Assembly: GCA_963708875.1 (NCBI GenBank)
Contig: CAVPUL010000002.1
Coordinates: forward strand, 406,598 to 470,597
Direction of reading: 5' to 3'
Source of the DNA: an uncultured Actinomycetota bacterium
GTDB taxonomy: Bacteria; Actinomycetota; Actinomycetes; Propionibacteriales; Nocardioidaceae
Length of the DNA: 64,000 nt
A program made the position numbers and the translations under genes. The notes below the pieces were generated by a model, which did not search any database, had not been told where the DNA came from, and worked only from the letters and a program-made list of their open reading frames with translations. Within the stretch, counting starts at the first letter, position 1. Each line of letters opens with the position of its first letter. Below, piece by piece: positions 50,466-61,459 of the stretch.

Positions 50466-50884
50466 ACCGCGGCGGTGAGGTAGGCGTAGGTGAAGACGAG
50501 GACGCCGACCACCATGCCGAGGTGGGCCAGCAGCGAGAGGCCGGGACCGTCGCTCCAGCTGTCACCCGAGGCCTCTGGCGCGTGGCGACCCTTCGCCGGG
50601 AGCCAGCGCATCAGGATCAGCAGGCCGCAGACCGCGGTGAGCCACCAGGCGGCGATGGCCAGGATGCCGACGAGCGGTCCACCGATGAAGCTGTCCTCCG
50701 GCGCCACCAGCACGCCGAGCCACAGCACGAGCGCCACGATCCCGGCCGCGAAGTGGACCATCGGGAGGCGGCGGCTGATCGAGAACCGGCCCGCCGCGTC
50801 AGCGTCGCGCATGCGCAGTCGGGTCAACACGATCGCCACGGCGGCGAGGCCCGTGAGGATCCACACGACGATCGGGAAGGACAT
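50462..50884 (-). CDS. Four-TM hypothetical membrane protein
   Basis: From ATG 50884 (MSFPIVVWILTG); in frame with the upstream DivIVA-domain ORF as assembled. Confidence 0.7.
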   Translation of the reverse strand: MSFPIVVWILTGLAAVAIVLTRLRMRDADAAGRFSISRRLPMVHFAAGIVALVLWLGVLVAPEDSFIGGPLVGILAIAAWWLTAVCGLLILMRWLPAKGRHAPEASGDSWSDGPGLSLLAHLGMVVGVLVFTYAYLTAAV

Positions 50885-50900
50885 GTCGGAGGAGTCTGCC

Positions 50901-51247
50901 CTAGGCGGGGTCTCGGTCGCCAGACGTGGTCTGGCCGGGGCGGTCGTCAGGGTTGGCGTCGAGTCGGTCGTCGAGTCCGTCGTGGGTCCGTCGTCGCGTC
51001 CCTCGCGGTCCTCCAGCTCGCGGGCCAGCCGGGCGAGCAGCGTGTCGACCTCGGACATCCGGTAACCGCGTACGGCGAGCGAGAACCGTACGGTCCGCAG
51101 GTCGTGCGCGGCCAGGGGCCGGTCGCGGGGCAGGTCGAGGTCGGGGCGGTCGTCGTACGCCGGTGCCATCGATCCGCCGCGGCCGGACGCGACGACCGCG
51201 ATCCCACCCATGGCGAGCACGATCAGGATGGCGAAGAGCCACATCAT
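50901..51247 (-). CDS. Membrane-anchored DivIVA-domain protein (C-terminal frame uncertain)
   Basis: TM segment, then VRFSLAVRGYRMSEVDTLLARL (DivIVA repeat). Confidence 0.8.
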
Positions 51248-52023
51248 TCGGGACGCTCCGGAGTCGGCGTGGGCCAACGGTCCTCACGCGCCGCCACCAT
51301 CAGCGCGACGGCCTCGTCGACGTCGTCGGTCACGACCATCATGTCGAGGTCCTTGGCGTTGATCTTGCCCTCGGCGAGGACGGTGCCGCGCAGCCAGTCG
51401 AACATGCCCTGCCAGTAGTCCGTGCCGATCAGGACGATCGGGAACGACGTGACCTTCTGCGTCTGCACGAGGGTGAGGGCCTCGAAGAGCTCGTCGAGGG
51501 TGCCGAGGCCACCGGGCAGGACGACGAAGCCCTGCGAGTACTTCACGAACATGGTCTTGCGGGCGAAGAAGTAACGGAAGTTGATGCCCTTGTCGACCCA
51601 CTGGTTGAGCCCGGACTCGAAGGGCAGCTCGATGCCGAGCCCGACGCTGATCCCGCCCGCCTCGCACGCTCCCTTGTTGGCGGCCTCCATCGCGCCGGGG
51701 CCACCGCCGGTGATGACGGCGAAGTCGGCCTCGGCCAGCTTGCGCCCGGCTTCCTCGGCGACGGCGTAGTGCGGGTGGTCGGCGGGCGTGCGGGCCGAGC
51801 CGAAGACCCCGATCGCCGGGCCGAGCTCGGCGAGCGAACCGAAGCCCTCGACGAACTCGGACTGGATCCGCAGCACCCGCCACGGATCGGTGTGCACCCA
51901 GTCGCTCGGGCCGCGCGTGTCGAGGAGGCGCTGGTCGGTGGTGCTGCCCTCCCGCACCTGGCCGCGGCGCTCGATCTCCCGTCCCTTCACCCGGTCGTGC
52001 TGCTCCGCCGATCGGTGCGTCAT
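51244..52023 (-). CDS. LOG family (TIGR00730) Rossmann-fold protein
   Basis: VFGSAR, ITGGGPGAMEAAN and PGGLGTLDE motifs. Confidence 0.93.
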   Translation of the reverse strand: MTHRSAEQHDRVKGREIERRGQVREGSTTDQRLLDTRGPSDWVHTDPWRVLRIQSEFVEGFGSLAELGPAIGVFGSARTPADHPHYAVAEEAGRKLAEADFAVITGGGPGAMEAANKGACEAGGISVGLGIELPFESGLNQWVDKGINFRYFFARKTMFVKYSQGFVVLPGGLGTLDELFEALTLVQTQKVTSFPIVLIGTDYWQGMFDWLRGTVLAEGKINAKDLDMMVVTDDVDEAVALMVAAREDRWPTPTPERPE

Positions 52024-53078
52024 GCCAGCCACTCCTTGAGGATGCGCTCGCAGCGCTCGATGTGCTCGGTGGGGACGTGCTCGTCCTGCTTGTGCGCGAA
52101 CATCGGGTCGCCGGGGCCGAAGTTGACCGCCGGGATGCCGAGCTTGGTGAACTGCGCGACGTCGGTCCAGCCGAACTTCGGGTGGACCTCGCCTCCGACG
52201 GTGTCGACGAACGCCTGGGCGGCGGGACGGTCGAGCCCGGGCAGGGCGCCGGCGGCGATGTCGGTCACCGTGACGTCGTAGCCCTCGAAGAAGTCGCGGA
52301 CGAACGCCTCGGCCTGCTCCTCGCTGCGGTCGGGCGCGAAGCGGAAGTTGACCTCGACCACGCACTCGTCGGGGATCACGTTGCCTGCGACGCCACCGCG
52401 GATGCCGGTCGCGTTGAGGCCCTCGTGGTAGGTCAGGCCGTCGATCTCGGGCTGGTGGGCGACGTAGTCGTTGAGCCGCGCGAGCACCGGCCCGGCGAGG
52501 TGGATGGCGTTGACGCCCTTCCAGCTCCGGGCGCTGTGCGAGCGCTCGCCGGTGGTGCGTACGTCGATGCGCATCGTGCCCTGGCAGCCGGCCTCGATCG
52601 CGGCGTTGCTCGGCTCCATGAGGATCGCGAAGTCGGCCTCCAGCAGCTCGGGGTCGGACTCGGTGAGCTTGCGCAGGCCGTTGTGGACCGAGTCGACCTC
52701 CTCGGCCTCGTAGAAGATGAAGGTGAGGTCGCGGTTGGGCTCGGTGACGTCGGCGGCGAGCTTGAGCATCACCGCGTCGCCGCCCTTCATGTCGCAGCTG
52801 CCGAGGCCGTGGAGGATGCCGTCCTCGAGCCGCGAGGGCAGGTTGTCGTTGAGCGGGACCGTGTCGAGGTGGCCCGCGATCACGACCCGCTCGTCACGCC
52901 CCAGGTCGGTGCTGGCGATGACCGTGTGGCCACGGCGGGTGACCGTCAGGTGTCCGAGCGCTCCCAGCGCAGCCTCGACGGCGTCGGCGATCTCCTCCTC
53001 GTGGTGGGACACCGACTCGATGTCGACGAGCTGCTGGGTGAGGGTGACGACGTCGGCGGACAGGTCGAGGTGAGCCAT
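52020..53078 (-). CDS. dapE: Succinyl-diaminopimelate desuccinylase
   Basis: AGHLDTVP, GSCDMKGG, YEAEE and AHKQDE motifs. Confidence 0.95.
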   Translation of the reverse strand: MAHLDLSADVVTLTQQLVDIESVSHHEEEIADAVEAALGALGHLTVTRRGHTVIASTDLGRDERVVIAGHLDTVPLNDNLPSRLEDGILHGLGSCDMKGGDAVMLKLAADVTEPNRDLTFIFYEAEEVDSVHNGLRKLTESDPELLEADFAILMEPSNAAIEAGCQGTMRIDVRTTGERSHSARSWKGVNAIHLAGPVLARLNDYVAHQPEIDGLTYHEGLNATGIRGGVAGNVIPDECVVEVNFRFAPDRSEEQAEAFVRDFFEGYDVTVTDIAAGALPGLDRPAAQAFVDTVGGEVHPKFGWTDVAQFTKLGIPAVNFGPGDPMFAHKQDEHVPTEHIERCERILKEWLA

Positions 53079-53112
53079 GGATCCATCCAACCATCCGGCC
53101 ACCCGCCTGCCG

Positions 53113-56100
53113 TCAGGCCTTCGCCACCTCGACCGCGACCTCCTCCGCGTCGGCGTACGACACGCTCGTCGCCAGCGTCTCCTCGGCGATGAGCGCCTCG
53201 TGCGTCCGGGCAGCGTCGAGGGTCTCCGCCGGGCCGGACACGGTGAGCGCGATGCGGTCGGAGACGGCGAGACCGGCGTCCTTGCGGGCCTGCTGGACCG
53301 CGCGGACCAGGTCGCGGGCGGTGCCCTCGGCGGCCAGCTCCGGAGTGACGTCGGTGTCGAGGACGACGAAGCCGCCGCGCGGCAGCACGCCGGTCGCCGT
53401 ACCGCCCGAGCCGTCACCGGCGACGGTGTCGAGGGCGTACTCCCCCTCGACGAGCGCGAGCCCGCCCGCCGTGACGGTGCCGTCCTCGGCGACCGACCAG
53501 TCGCCGGACTTCGAGCCCTTGATCGCGAGCTGGACGTCCTTGCCGAGGCGCGGCCCGGCCGCGCGGGCGTTGACGGTGAGCCGCTGCTCGACGCCGTACG
53601 ACGCCGCCTCGGGGGTGTCGAGGTCGAGGAGCCGGACCTCCTTGAGGTTCAGCTCGTCGGCCACGAGCCGGTCGAACCCGCCCAGGGTCGACGCGTCCGG
53701 CACCACGACCGTCAGTGACTGCAGGGGCAGCCGGTTGCGGAGGTTGGCGGCCTTGCGGAGCGCGGAGCCGGCCGAGCAGACGTCGCGGACGGCGTCCATC
53801 GACGCAGCGAGCGACGCGTCGGCGGGCAGGTCGTCGGCGGACGGCCAGTCGGTGAGGTGCACCGAGCGCTCACCGGTGAGGCCGCGCCAGACCTCCTCCG
53901 TCGTCAGCGGCATCAGCGGGGCGGTGACCCGGCAGACGACCTCGAGCACCGTGTAGAGGGTGTCGAAGGCGTCGGCGTCCTCGTCCCAGAAGCGCTCGCG
54001 GGAGCGGCGGATGTACCAGTTGGTGAGCACGTCGAGGAAGCTGCGCGTCGAGTCGCACGCCGCTGCCACCTCGTAGTTGTCGAGCTGGTCGGTCATCGCG
54101 GCGACGTAGTCGCGCAGCTTGGCCAGGATGTAGCGGTCCATCGGGTCCGCGCTGTCCGTGCGCCAGGTGGCGTCGTGGCCCGCACCACCGCCCGCCGCGT
54201 TGGCGTACAGGGTGAAGAACGACCAGCTGTTCCACAGCGGGATCAGCACCTGCCGCACCGAGTCACGGATGCCCTGCTCGGTGACGACGAGGTTGCCGCC
54301 GCGCAGGATCGGGCTCGACATGAGGAACCAGCGCATCGCGTCGGCACCGTCGCGGTCGAAGACCTCGCGCACGTCGGGGTAGTTGCGCAGGGACTTCGAC
54401 ATCTTCTGGCCGTCGTTGCCCAGGACGATGCCGTGGCTCAGGCACGTCGAGAACGCCGGGCGGTCGAAGATCGCGCCGGCCAGGACGTGCATCGTGTAGA
54501 ACCAGCCGCGCGTCTGGCCGATGTACTCGACGATGAAGTCGCCCGGGAAGTGGTTGTCGAACCAGTCCTTGTTCTCGAACGGGTAGTGCACCTGGGCGAA
54601 GCTCATCGAGCCGGAGTCGAACCACACGTCGAGGACGTCGGTGACGCGCCGCATCGTGCTGTTGCCAGTGGGGTCGTCCGGGTTGGGGCGCGTCAGGTCG
54701 TCGACGAACGGCCGGTGGAGGTCGGCGTTGCCGTCCTTGTCCACCGGCAGCCGGCCGAAGTCGCGCTCGATGTCCTCGAAGGAGCCGTAGACGTCGACGC
54801 GCGGGTAGTGCTCGTCGTCGGACTTCCACACCGGCACCGGGCTGCCCCAGAAGCGGTTGCGGGTGATCGACCAGTCGCGGGCGTTCTCCAGCCACTTGCC
54901 GAACTGGCCGTCCTTGATGTGGTCGGGCACCCAGCGGATGTCCTGGTTGAGCGCGATCAGCCGCTCCTTGACCTTGGTGACCTCGACGAACCACGACGAG
55001 ACACCCTTGTAGATCAGGGGCTGCCGGCAGCGCCAGCAGTGCGGGTAGGAGTGGTCGTACGTCTCGCGCCGCACCAGGACGGTGCCTGGCGTGACCGAGC
55101 CGGTCGGGCCGTCCTGCCGGTTGGCGGCCTTGAGGTGGTCGATCACGTGGAGGTTGGCGTCGAAGACCTGCATGCCCTCGTAGTCGGTGACCGGGAAGGT
55201 GAAGCGACCGTCCTTGCCGACGGGCATGACCGCCTCGATGCCCTCGCGGTCGGTGACGACCTTGTCGTCCTCACCGAAGGCGCCGGCGGTGTGCACCAGC
55301 CCCGTGCCGTCCGTGGTCGTCACGAACTCGGCGGGCACGAGGCGGAACGCCCGCTCGTGGCCGGCGTAGTAGGAGAACGGCGGGGCGTACTCGAGGCCGA
55401 CGAGGTCGGCACCCGTGTGGCGCGAGGTGATCGTCGGCTCGTCGGTGTCGGGATAGAGCTCGCGCTTGTACGACGCCAGGCGGGCGTCGGCGATCAGGTA
55501 GCGCTCGGTGGTGCCGGTGGGGCCGTCGGACTCGACGACGACGTAGTCGATGTCCTCGCCGACCATGACCGCGAGGTTGCTCGGGAGCGTCCAGGGAGTC
55601 GTCGTCCAGACGAGGACCTTGACGCCCTTCAGGGGACCCTCGGTGGTCACGTCGTAGCCGACGGTGACGGCCGGGTCCTGGCGCATCTGGTAGACGTCGT
55701 CGTCCATCCGCAGCTCGTGGTTGGACAGCGGCGTCTCGTCCTGCCAGCAATAGGGCAGCACGCGGAAGCCTTCGTACACCAGGCCCTTCTCGTGCAGCTG
55801 CTTGAAGGCCCACATGACCGACTCCATGAACTCGGGGTTCATGGTGCGGTAGTCGTGGTCGAAGTCGACCCAGCGCGCCTGGCGGGTGACGTAGTCGCGC
55901 CACTCGCCGGTGTACTTCAGGACGCTCTGACGGCAGGCCTCGTTGAACTTCTCGATGCCGAGCTCGACGATCTCGTCGGTGGTCTTGATGCCGTTGAGTC
56001 GCATCGCCTCGAGCTCGGCGGGCAGCCCGTGGGTGTCCCAGCCGAAGCGGCGCTCGACCTTGCGGCCGCGCATCGTCTGGTAGCGCGGGATCAGGTCCTT

Positions 56101-56343
56101 GACGTAGCCGGTGAGCAGGTGGCCGTAGTGCGGCAGGCCGTTGGCGAAGGGCGGGCCGTCGTAGAAGACGAACTCGTTGCTGCCGTCGTCACCGGCGTCG
56201 CGCTGCTCGACGCTCGCGCGGAACGTGTCGTCGGCCTCCCAGTAGGCCAGCACGGCCTCCTCGATGGCGGGGAACCGCGGGCTCGAGGGCACGCCGGTGG
56301 CTCCCTCGGAGAGGGAGGTGTGGGAGACCTGGGGGTACGTCAT
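53113..56343 (-). CDS. ileS: Isoleucine--tRNA ligase (type 2)
   Basis: [13 protein letters not shown] (HIGH), [13 protein letters not shown] and [11 protein letters not shown] motifs. Confidence 0.97.
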   Translation of the reverse strand: MTYPQVSHTSLSEGATGVPSSPRFPAIEEAVLAYWEADDTFRASVEQRDAGDDGSNEFVFYDGPPFANGLPHYGHLLTGYVKDLIPRYQTMRGRKVERRFGWDTHGLPAELEAMRLNGIKTTDEIVELGIEKFNEACRQSVLKYTGEWRDYVTRQARWVDFDHDYRTMNPEFMESVMWAFKQLHEKGLVYEGFRVLPYCWQDETPLSNHELRMDDDVYQMRQDPAVTVGYDVTTEGPLKGVKVLVWTTTPWTLPSNLAVMVGEDIDYVVVESDGPTGTTERYLIADARLASYKRELYPDTDEPTITSRHTGADLVGLEYAPPFSYYAGHERAFRLVPAEFVTTTDGTGLVHTAGAFGEDDKVVTDREGIEAVMPVGKDGRFTFPVTDYEGMQVFDANLHVIDHLKAANRQDGPTGSVTPGTVLVRRETYDHSYPHCWRCRQPLIYKGVSSWFVEVTKVKERLIALNQDIRWVPDHIKDGQFGKWLENARDWSITRNRFWGSPVPVWKSDDEHYPRVDVYGSFEDIERDFGRLPVDKDGNADLHRPFVDDLTRPNPDDPTGNSTMRRVTDVLDVWFDSGSMSFAQVHYPFENKDWFDNHFPGDFIVEYIGQTRGWFYTMHVLAGAIFDRPAFSTCLSHGIVLGNDGQKMSKSLRNYPDVREVFDRDGADAMRWFLMSSPILRGGNLVVTEQGIRDSVRQVLIPLWNSWSFFTLYANAAGGGAGHDATWRTDSADPMDRYILAKLRDYVAAMTDQLDNYEVAAACDSTRSFLDVLTNWYIRRSRERFWDEDADAFDTLYTVLEVVCRVTAPLMPLTTEEVWRGLTGERSVHLTDWPSADDLPADASLAASMDAVRDVCSAGSALRKAANLRNRLPLQSLTVVVPDASTLGGFDRLVADELNLKEVRLLDLDTPEAASYGVEQRLTVNARAAGPRLGKDVQLAIKGSKSGDWSVAEDGTVTAGGLALVEGEYALDTVAGDGSGGTATGVLPRGGFVVLDTDVTPELAAEGTARDLVRAVQQARKDAGLAVSDRIALTVSGPAETLDAARTHEALIAEETLATSVSYADAEEVAVEVAKA

Positions 56344-56363
56344 GGCGGGTGCTCGATTCTCGA

Positions 56364-56545
56364 CTCGTGGTGTGACTCCACGAGGACGATCGGCTGACCG
56401 CGGTACCACCTCGCTTGCTCCCGCCGGGGCGGGAACCGCTTCATTGGGCTGTGCCGGGCCCTACCCGTCGGGTTCTAGTGGGGTGCCGGCCGGATCGCCG
56501 TACCTGTTCTTCCCGTGGCTCGCCGCTGATGACGGCTCAGACGCC
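56364..56545 (-). ncRNA. Translational T-box riboswitch (Ile) in the ileS leader
   Basis: Short stem I GCCGT-CATCA-GCGGC with AUC specifier (56528-56530), stem II S-turn (AGAAC/TAGAA), and CGAGG-TGGTACC-GCG...CGT-CCTCG antisequestrator. Confidence 0.92.
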
Positions 56546-56599
56546 TGGCTCGATCGTACGGCTCGGGATCGGTTGCGGGCCAATCCGTTTGCGGCAGTG

Positions 56600-57700
56600 T
56601 CAGTGCGCGGCCCGCACCACGAACGGGACGGTCAACGCGCACTCCGGCGTGGTGTGCACCAGGACGCCGGAGATCTTGCGGTCCCCCAGGGTCACCAGCG
56701 ACACGGCGCTCCACCCACCATCCACCTCGCGGGCCACCGCCGTCGCGCCGCTGCGTGGCAGCCGCCCGACGGTGCCCAGCCGCACCTGGGTGGACGGCTG
56801 CGAGCCGCACCCGCCGGCCGCGCCGACGAGGCCGCGCACGCGGAAGCGGCGGTCGACGCGCAGCTTCACGGTGCCGTCGGCGGACGTGTACCGCCCGGCC
56901 TCCGGCCGACCGTGTGCTCGGACGGCCTTGATCGCCGACGAACCGTCGTAGTCGGCGTCGCCCCGCTCGTCGCGTGCCTGGACGTCGATCCGGGACCGCC
57001 CGACGGCCGGCGCGGTGACACGGACGACCACGGGCCGGACCTCGTCGGCGGCCAGGCCCGTGACGACGACGGGTTCGAGCCGCGCCGTGCCCGAGCCGGT
57101 CAGGGCGACCCGGCTGCTGGACAGCACGTGCGAGGTGACGAGGGCGAGCGTCCTGGTCGGCGTCCCGGCGACGACCCGGGTGGGGGTCGGGGAGGCCCGG
57201 AACGTCGACACCAGGTCGGCCTCGGCGCCGGAGTAGGAGATCCGGGTCACCCACGTGTCCCGCATCCGGTCGCTCACGACTCCTCCGGTGGTCAGCGACA
57301 CGTCGAGGCAGGTGTAGTCGTGGGCGATGTCGGAGAAGGTCTGGATGGTCGACAGCGTGTCGCTCGCGGGCCCACCGACAGTGCTGGACGCCAGGGTCTT
57401 CTCCGCGACGCACTCCGTGCCGGCCGCTGACCAGCGACCGAGGTTCCACGTGACGGAGACCTGGCTGGACGGCGACGCCGTCGCCGCGAGGGCCGCTGTC
57501 ACCGCGACCTCACCGGTGCGCCAGTCCGTCTCCGCGGAGACGGCGCGGAGCGTGCGCGACGGCTCGGCGGTCGACGGCATCCCGCTGACGTGGGTGTCGA
57601 AGATGGTGTGTTGGCCCGTCTCGACGGGCACCGCCCCGGCTGGTGCGGGCGCCAGCGCCACAGCGGCCAGCAGTGTCACGACGATCCCCCGGATGCGCAT
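56600..57700 (-). CDS. Secreted hypothetical beta-rich protein
   Basis: Signal peptide (ALAPAPAGA); -10-like TAGGTT 7 nt upstream; no family recognised. Confidence 0.7.
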   Translation of the reverse strand: MRIRGIVVTLLAAVALAPAPAGAVPVETGQHTIFDTHVSGMPSTAEPSRTLRAVSAETDWRTGEVAVTAALAATASPSSQVSVTWNLGRWSAAGTECVAEKTLASSTVGGPASDTLSTIQTFSDIAHDYTCLDVSLTTGGVVSDRMRDTWVTRISYSGAEADLVSTFRASPTPTRVVAGTPTRTLALVTSHVLSSSRVALTGSGTARLEPVVVTGLAADEVRPVVVRVTAPAVGRSRIDVQARDERGDADYDGSSAIKAVRAHGRPEAGRYTSADGTVKLRVDRRFRVRGLVGAAGGCGSQPSTQVRLGTVGRLPRSGATAVAREVDGGWSAVSLVTLGDRKISGVLVHTTPECALTVPFVVRAAH

Positions 57701-57834
57701 GCGCCGGAACCTAGCACCGGATCGTCATGACCGGGATCCGCACGAGCCGGCTCGTCACCGCAGCAGTCGGGTCGTCTGGCCGCGTCGACCGAAAGCGTTT
57801 GGTCCGATCGTCGAGATGCGCTTGGGTTGCGGCC

Positions 57835-58365
57835 ATGAGCTTCGACGGCATGTGGCTGCCCCAGGACGAGGACCCGCGGATGCAGGAGGGGCCGACCGTC
57901 GGGGAGAAGGCGTGCCTGGTGGGCTACCTCGAGCACTACCGCGGCACGATCGCGCTCAAGTGCGACGGCCTCGACGCCGAGCAGCTGGCCACCAGGGCCG
58001 TACCGCCCTCCAACATCTCGCTGCTCGGCCTCGTCCGGCACATGGCGCGGGTCGAGCAGAGCTGGTTCCGCCGGGTGATCGAGGACCGGATGGACATCGA
58101 GCGGCTGTTCCAGGACGAGGACGGAGGCTTCGACCTCCCCGACGTCGACGACGCACTGGTGCGCGAGTCACACGCCCTGTGGGAGTCCGAGGTCGCGTAC
58201 GCCCGCGAGGTGCTCGAGCGCACGGACCTCGACACCGTCGTCGACGTGCACGGTGAGCCCACCGAGGTGCGCGACATCATCGTGCACATGATCGAGGAGT
58301 ACGCCCGCCACTGCGGGCACGCCGACCTCGTGCGGGAGTGCATCGACGGCCGCACCGGCCAGTAG
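57835..58365 (+). CDS. DinB family (DUF664) protein
   Basis: LLGLVRHMARVEQSWF and HMIEEYARHCGHADLVRE motifs. Confidence 0.9.
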   Translation: MSFDGMWLPQDEDPRMQEGPTVGEKACLVGYLEHYRGTIALKCDGLDAEQLATRAVPPSNISLLGLVRHMARVEQSWFRRVIEDRMDIERLFQDEDGGFDLPDVDDALVRESHALWESEVAYAREVLERTDLDTVVDVHGEPTEVRDIIVHMIEEYARHCGHADLVRECIDGRTGQ

Positions 58366-58399
58366 GTCGGGGCTCGCACCTCGTCCGTAGGCTGGTCGG

Positions 58400-59350
58400 G
58401 TGACTGCTGCCTCCGGCTACGGCCTGCTGACCCTCCACGGTGACACCGTCCTCGACGCGTGGTTCCCCTCCCCCGTGCTGGGTGCGACCGACGGTGACCC
58501 GTCGGCCGAGCTCGCCCACCTCGACGGCGGCGAGGACGACATGCGTGGCGTCACCCGCGTCGTACGCCTCGTGGAGATCGACGACCTCGACGCCGCACCC
58601 GTGAGCACCGAGGACGTCTGGCTGCGCCTCCACCTGCTCTCGCACCGCCTCGTGCGCCCGCACGGCCTCAACCTCGACGGCATCTTCGGCCTCCTCGCCA
58701 ACGTCGTGTGGACGTCCGCCGGCCCGTGCGCGGTCGAGGGCTTCGAGCAGGTGCGGGCCAAGCTGCGCACCGTCGTGCCGGGCCACGTCGTGCAGGTCTT
58801 CGGGGTCGACAAGTTCCCGCGGATGACCGACTACGTCCTGCCCACCGGCGTACGCATCGCCGACGCCGACCGCGTGCGACTGGGCGCGCACCTGGCCGAG
58901 GGCACGACCGTGATGCACGAGGGCTTCGTGAACTTCAACGCAGGCACGCTCGGTGAGTCGATGGTCGAGGGCCGGATCTCCGCCGGTGTCGTCGTGGGCG
59001 TCGGCTCCGACGTCGGCGGCGGCTCATCGATCATGGGCACGCTGTCCGGTGGCGGCAAGGAGGTCATCTCGGTGGGCGAGCGCTGCCTGATCGGCGCCAA
59101 CGCCGGCATCGGGATCTCGCTCGGCGACGACTGCGTCGTCGAGGCCGGCTGCTACGTCACGGCGGGCACCAAGGTCACCGTCCTCGACCTCGACGGCAAG
59201 CCGCAGGTCGTGAAGGCGGCCACCCTCTCGGGCCTCGACAACATCCTGTTCCGCCGCAACTCGGTCAGCGGCGCCATCGAGGCCGTGCCGTGGAAGGGCG
59301 GGTCGGACGGCGCCGGCATCGCCCTCAACGCCGCACTGCACGCCAACTAG
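58400..59350 (+). CDS. dapD: Tetrahydrodipicolinate N-succinyltransferase
   Basis: [20 protein letters not shown] and hexapeptide repeats. Confidence 0.96.
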   Translation: MTAASGYGLLTLHGDTVLDAWFPSPVLGATDGDPSAELAHLDGGEDDMRGVTRVVRLVEIDDLDAAPVSTEDVWLRLHLLSHRLVRPHGLNLDGIFGLLANVVWTSAGPCAVEGFEQVRAKLRTVVPGHVVQVFGVDKFPRMTDYVLPTGVRIADADRVRLGAHLAEGTTVMHEGFVNFNAGTLGESMVEGRISAGVVVGVGSDVGGGSSIMGTLSGGGKEVISVGERCLIGANAGIGISLGDDCVVEAGCYVTAGTKVTVLDLDGKPQVVKAATLSGLDNILFRRNSVSGAIEAVPWKGGSDGAGIALNAALHAN

Positions 59351-59358
59351 GGCAGCGC

Positions 59359-60327
59359 GTGCCGTCCCTGCGGACGGTCACCATCGGGGCGGTGGTGGCC
59401 CTGGGTGCCGTCGCCACGACCTTCGTGGTCATTGATCGCGGAGGCGTGCCGTCGCTGATCGACACGAGCGGTTGCACGGCCGAGGTCGACGGCCACCGGG
59501 TCGAGATCGACCTCGAGCAGGCGGAGAACGCCGCCCTCATCACGGCCATCTCGATCGAGCGCGGCATGCCCGCCCGGGCGGCGAGCATCGCCCTGGCGAC
59601 CGCCTTCCAGGAGTCCAAGCTCTACAACATCGAGTACGGCGACCGGGACTCCGTCGGCCTGTTCCAGCAGCGGGCCTCGCAGGGTTGGGGCACCGTCGCG
59701 GAGCTGATGGACCCGGTCTACGCGACCAACGCCTTCTACGACGCGCTCGTCAAGATCGACGGCTACCGCGAGATGGACATCACCGAGGCCGCGCAGGCCG
59801 TCCAGCGCTCGGCGTACCCCGATGCGTACGCCGACCACGAGGACGACGGCCGCGCCCTGGCCTCGGCCCTCACCGGGAACTCGCCGCGCACCCTGTGGTG
59901 CGACGTGCCGGGCGATGCGAAGGAGGCGTCCGACGACCTCGACGAGGCGGGCCTGGTGGCGCGCGCCGCCGTGGTGCGTGCCGACCTCGAGGCGCGGTTC
60001 GGCACGCTGTCGCTCGGCGGCTTCGAGCCGCAGGGCGTCTCCAGCGGTCACATGGAGGGCTCCGCGCACTACGAGGGTCGCGCGATCGACATCTTCTTCC
60101 GCCCGGTCAACGCCGAGAACAACCAGCGGGGTTGGGCGATGGCGAGCTACCTCGTCGCCAACGCCGACCGCCTCGACATCAAGACGTTGATCTTCGACGA
60201 CCGGATCTGGCACGCCGGCTCGCGCTCGGGCGACGGGTGGACCGACTACAGCGTGCCGTCGTCCTCGCGCGGCGACCGGGCGATCCTCGAGCACCGCGAC
60301 CACGTGCACGTCGACGTGTTCGACTGA
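59359..60327 (+). CDS. Membrane-anchored putative peptidoglycan hydrolase (lysozyme-like plus LAS/M15-like domains)
   Basis: QES...GDRDSVGLFQQR..QGWG; C-terminal HYEGRAID (Hx6D) and HVH motifs. Confidence 0.65.
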   Translation: MPSLRTVTIGAVVALGAVATTFVVIDRGGVPSLIDTSGCTAEVDGHRVEIDLEQAENAALITAISIERGMPARAASIALATAFQESKLYNIEYGDRDSVGLFQQRASQGWGTVAELMDPVYATNAFYDALVKIDGYREMDITEAAQAVQRSAYPDAYADHEDDGRALASALTGNSPRTLWCDVPGDAKEASDDLDEAGLVARAAVVRADLEARFGTLSLGGFEPQGVSSGHMEGSAHYEGRAIDIFFRPVNAENNQRGWAMASYLVANADRLDIKTLIFDDRIWHAGSRSGDGWTDYSVPSSSRGDRAILEHRDHVHVDVFD

Positions 60328-60331
60328 GATC

Positions 60332-61459
60332 TCATCCGGCCAGGCGTGCGACGGCGGCCGCGACCCGCTCGTCCGTGGCGGTGAACGCGACCCGGACGTG
60401 CTGCCTGCCGGCGGCGCCGTAGAAGTCCCCCGGAGCCACGAGGATGCCCTGCTCGGCGAGCTCGGCGACGGTCGTCCAGCAGTCGTCACCCCTGGTGGCC
60501 CAGAGGTAGAGAGACGCCTCGGAGTGGTCGATCCGGAAGCCGGCCGACTCGAGGGCCTGCTTCAGCCGGCCGCGGCGGGCGGCGTACGTCGCATGCTGCA
60601 CCGCGACGTGCTCGTCGTCCTCGAGCGCCGCGATCATCGCGCGCTGCTGCGGGCCGGGCATCTGGAGCCCGAGGTTCTTCCGGACCGCGAGCAGCTCGCC
60701 GACCAGGGCCGGATCGCCGGCGACGAAGGCGCAGCGGTAGCCCGCGAGGTTGGACCGCTTCGACAGCGAGTGGACGGCCAGGACCCCCTCGTGCGACCCA
60801 CCACTGACCCGCGGGTCGAGGATCGACAGCGGCTTGTCGGCGGGGTCGTCGGACCAGGCGCACTCGATGTAGCACTCGTCGGAGACGAGGATCGTGCCGC
60901 GCTCGCGGCACCACTCGACGACCTTGCGCAGGTGGTCGAGCGGCAGCACGCGGCCGCTCGGGTTGGCCGGGCTGTTGAGCCAGAGCAGCCGCGGGGTGCG
61001 CGGACCGAACGCCGTGAGCGAGTCGGTGGCCAGGCTCTCGGCCCCTGCGAGCGCCGCGCCCACCTCGTAGGTCGGGTAGGCCAGCGCCGGATAGCCGATC
61101 AGGTCACCGGCGCCGATGCCGAGGTGGACCGCCATCGAGCCGATCAGCTCCTTGGAGCCGATCACCGGCAGCACGCCGTCGAGGCCGAGTCCGGTCACGT
61201 CGTGGCGCCGGGCCAGCCAGTCGATCGCAGCCCGGCGAGTGGCCTCGAGACCGATCGTCGTCGGATAGCCCGGCGAGTCAGCCGCGTCGCGGAGCGCCTG
61301 CTGCACCACGTCGGGCGTCGCGTCGACGGGAGTGCCGACCGACAGGTCGACGACTCCGTCGGGGTGGGCGCGCGCCGTGGCGGCGTACGCCGTCAGCTTG
61401 TCCCAGGGGAAGTCCGGGAGCCGGCCGGAGACCGGCCCCTCACCCCCGGAGGGCGTCAC
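60332..61459 (-). CDS. dapC: N-succinyldiaminopimelate aminotransferase
   Basis: [22 protein letters not shown] and [13 protein letters not shown] motifs; GTGA-coupled to fdxA. Confidence 0.95.
   Translation of the reverse strand: MTPSGGEGPVSGRLPDFPWDKLTAYAATARAHPDGVVDLSVGTPVDATPDVVQQALRDAADSPGYPTTIGLEATRRAAIDWLARRHDVTGLGLDGVLPVIGSKELIGSMAVHLGIGAGDLIGYPALAYPTYEVGAALAGAESLATDSLTAFGPRTPRLLWLNSPANPSGRVLPLDHLRKVVEWCRERGTILVSDECYIECAWSDDPADKPLSILDPRVSGGSHEGVLAVHSLSKRSNLAGYRCAFVAGDPALVGELLAVRKNLGLQMPGPQQRAMIAALEDDEHVAVQHATYAARRGRLKQALESAGFRIDHSEASLYLWATRGDDCWTTVAELAEQGILVAPGDFYGAAGRQHVRVAFTATDERVAAAVARLAG

Noticed and set aside
53857-56397. 846-aa plus-strand ORF opposite ileS
   Set aside because: Antisense shadow. 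The same reasoning applies to most Arg/Pro/Ala-rich overlapping ORFs in the track.
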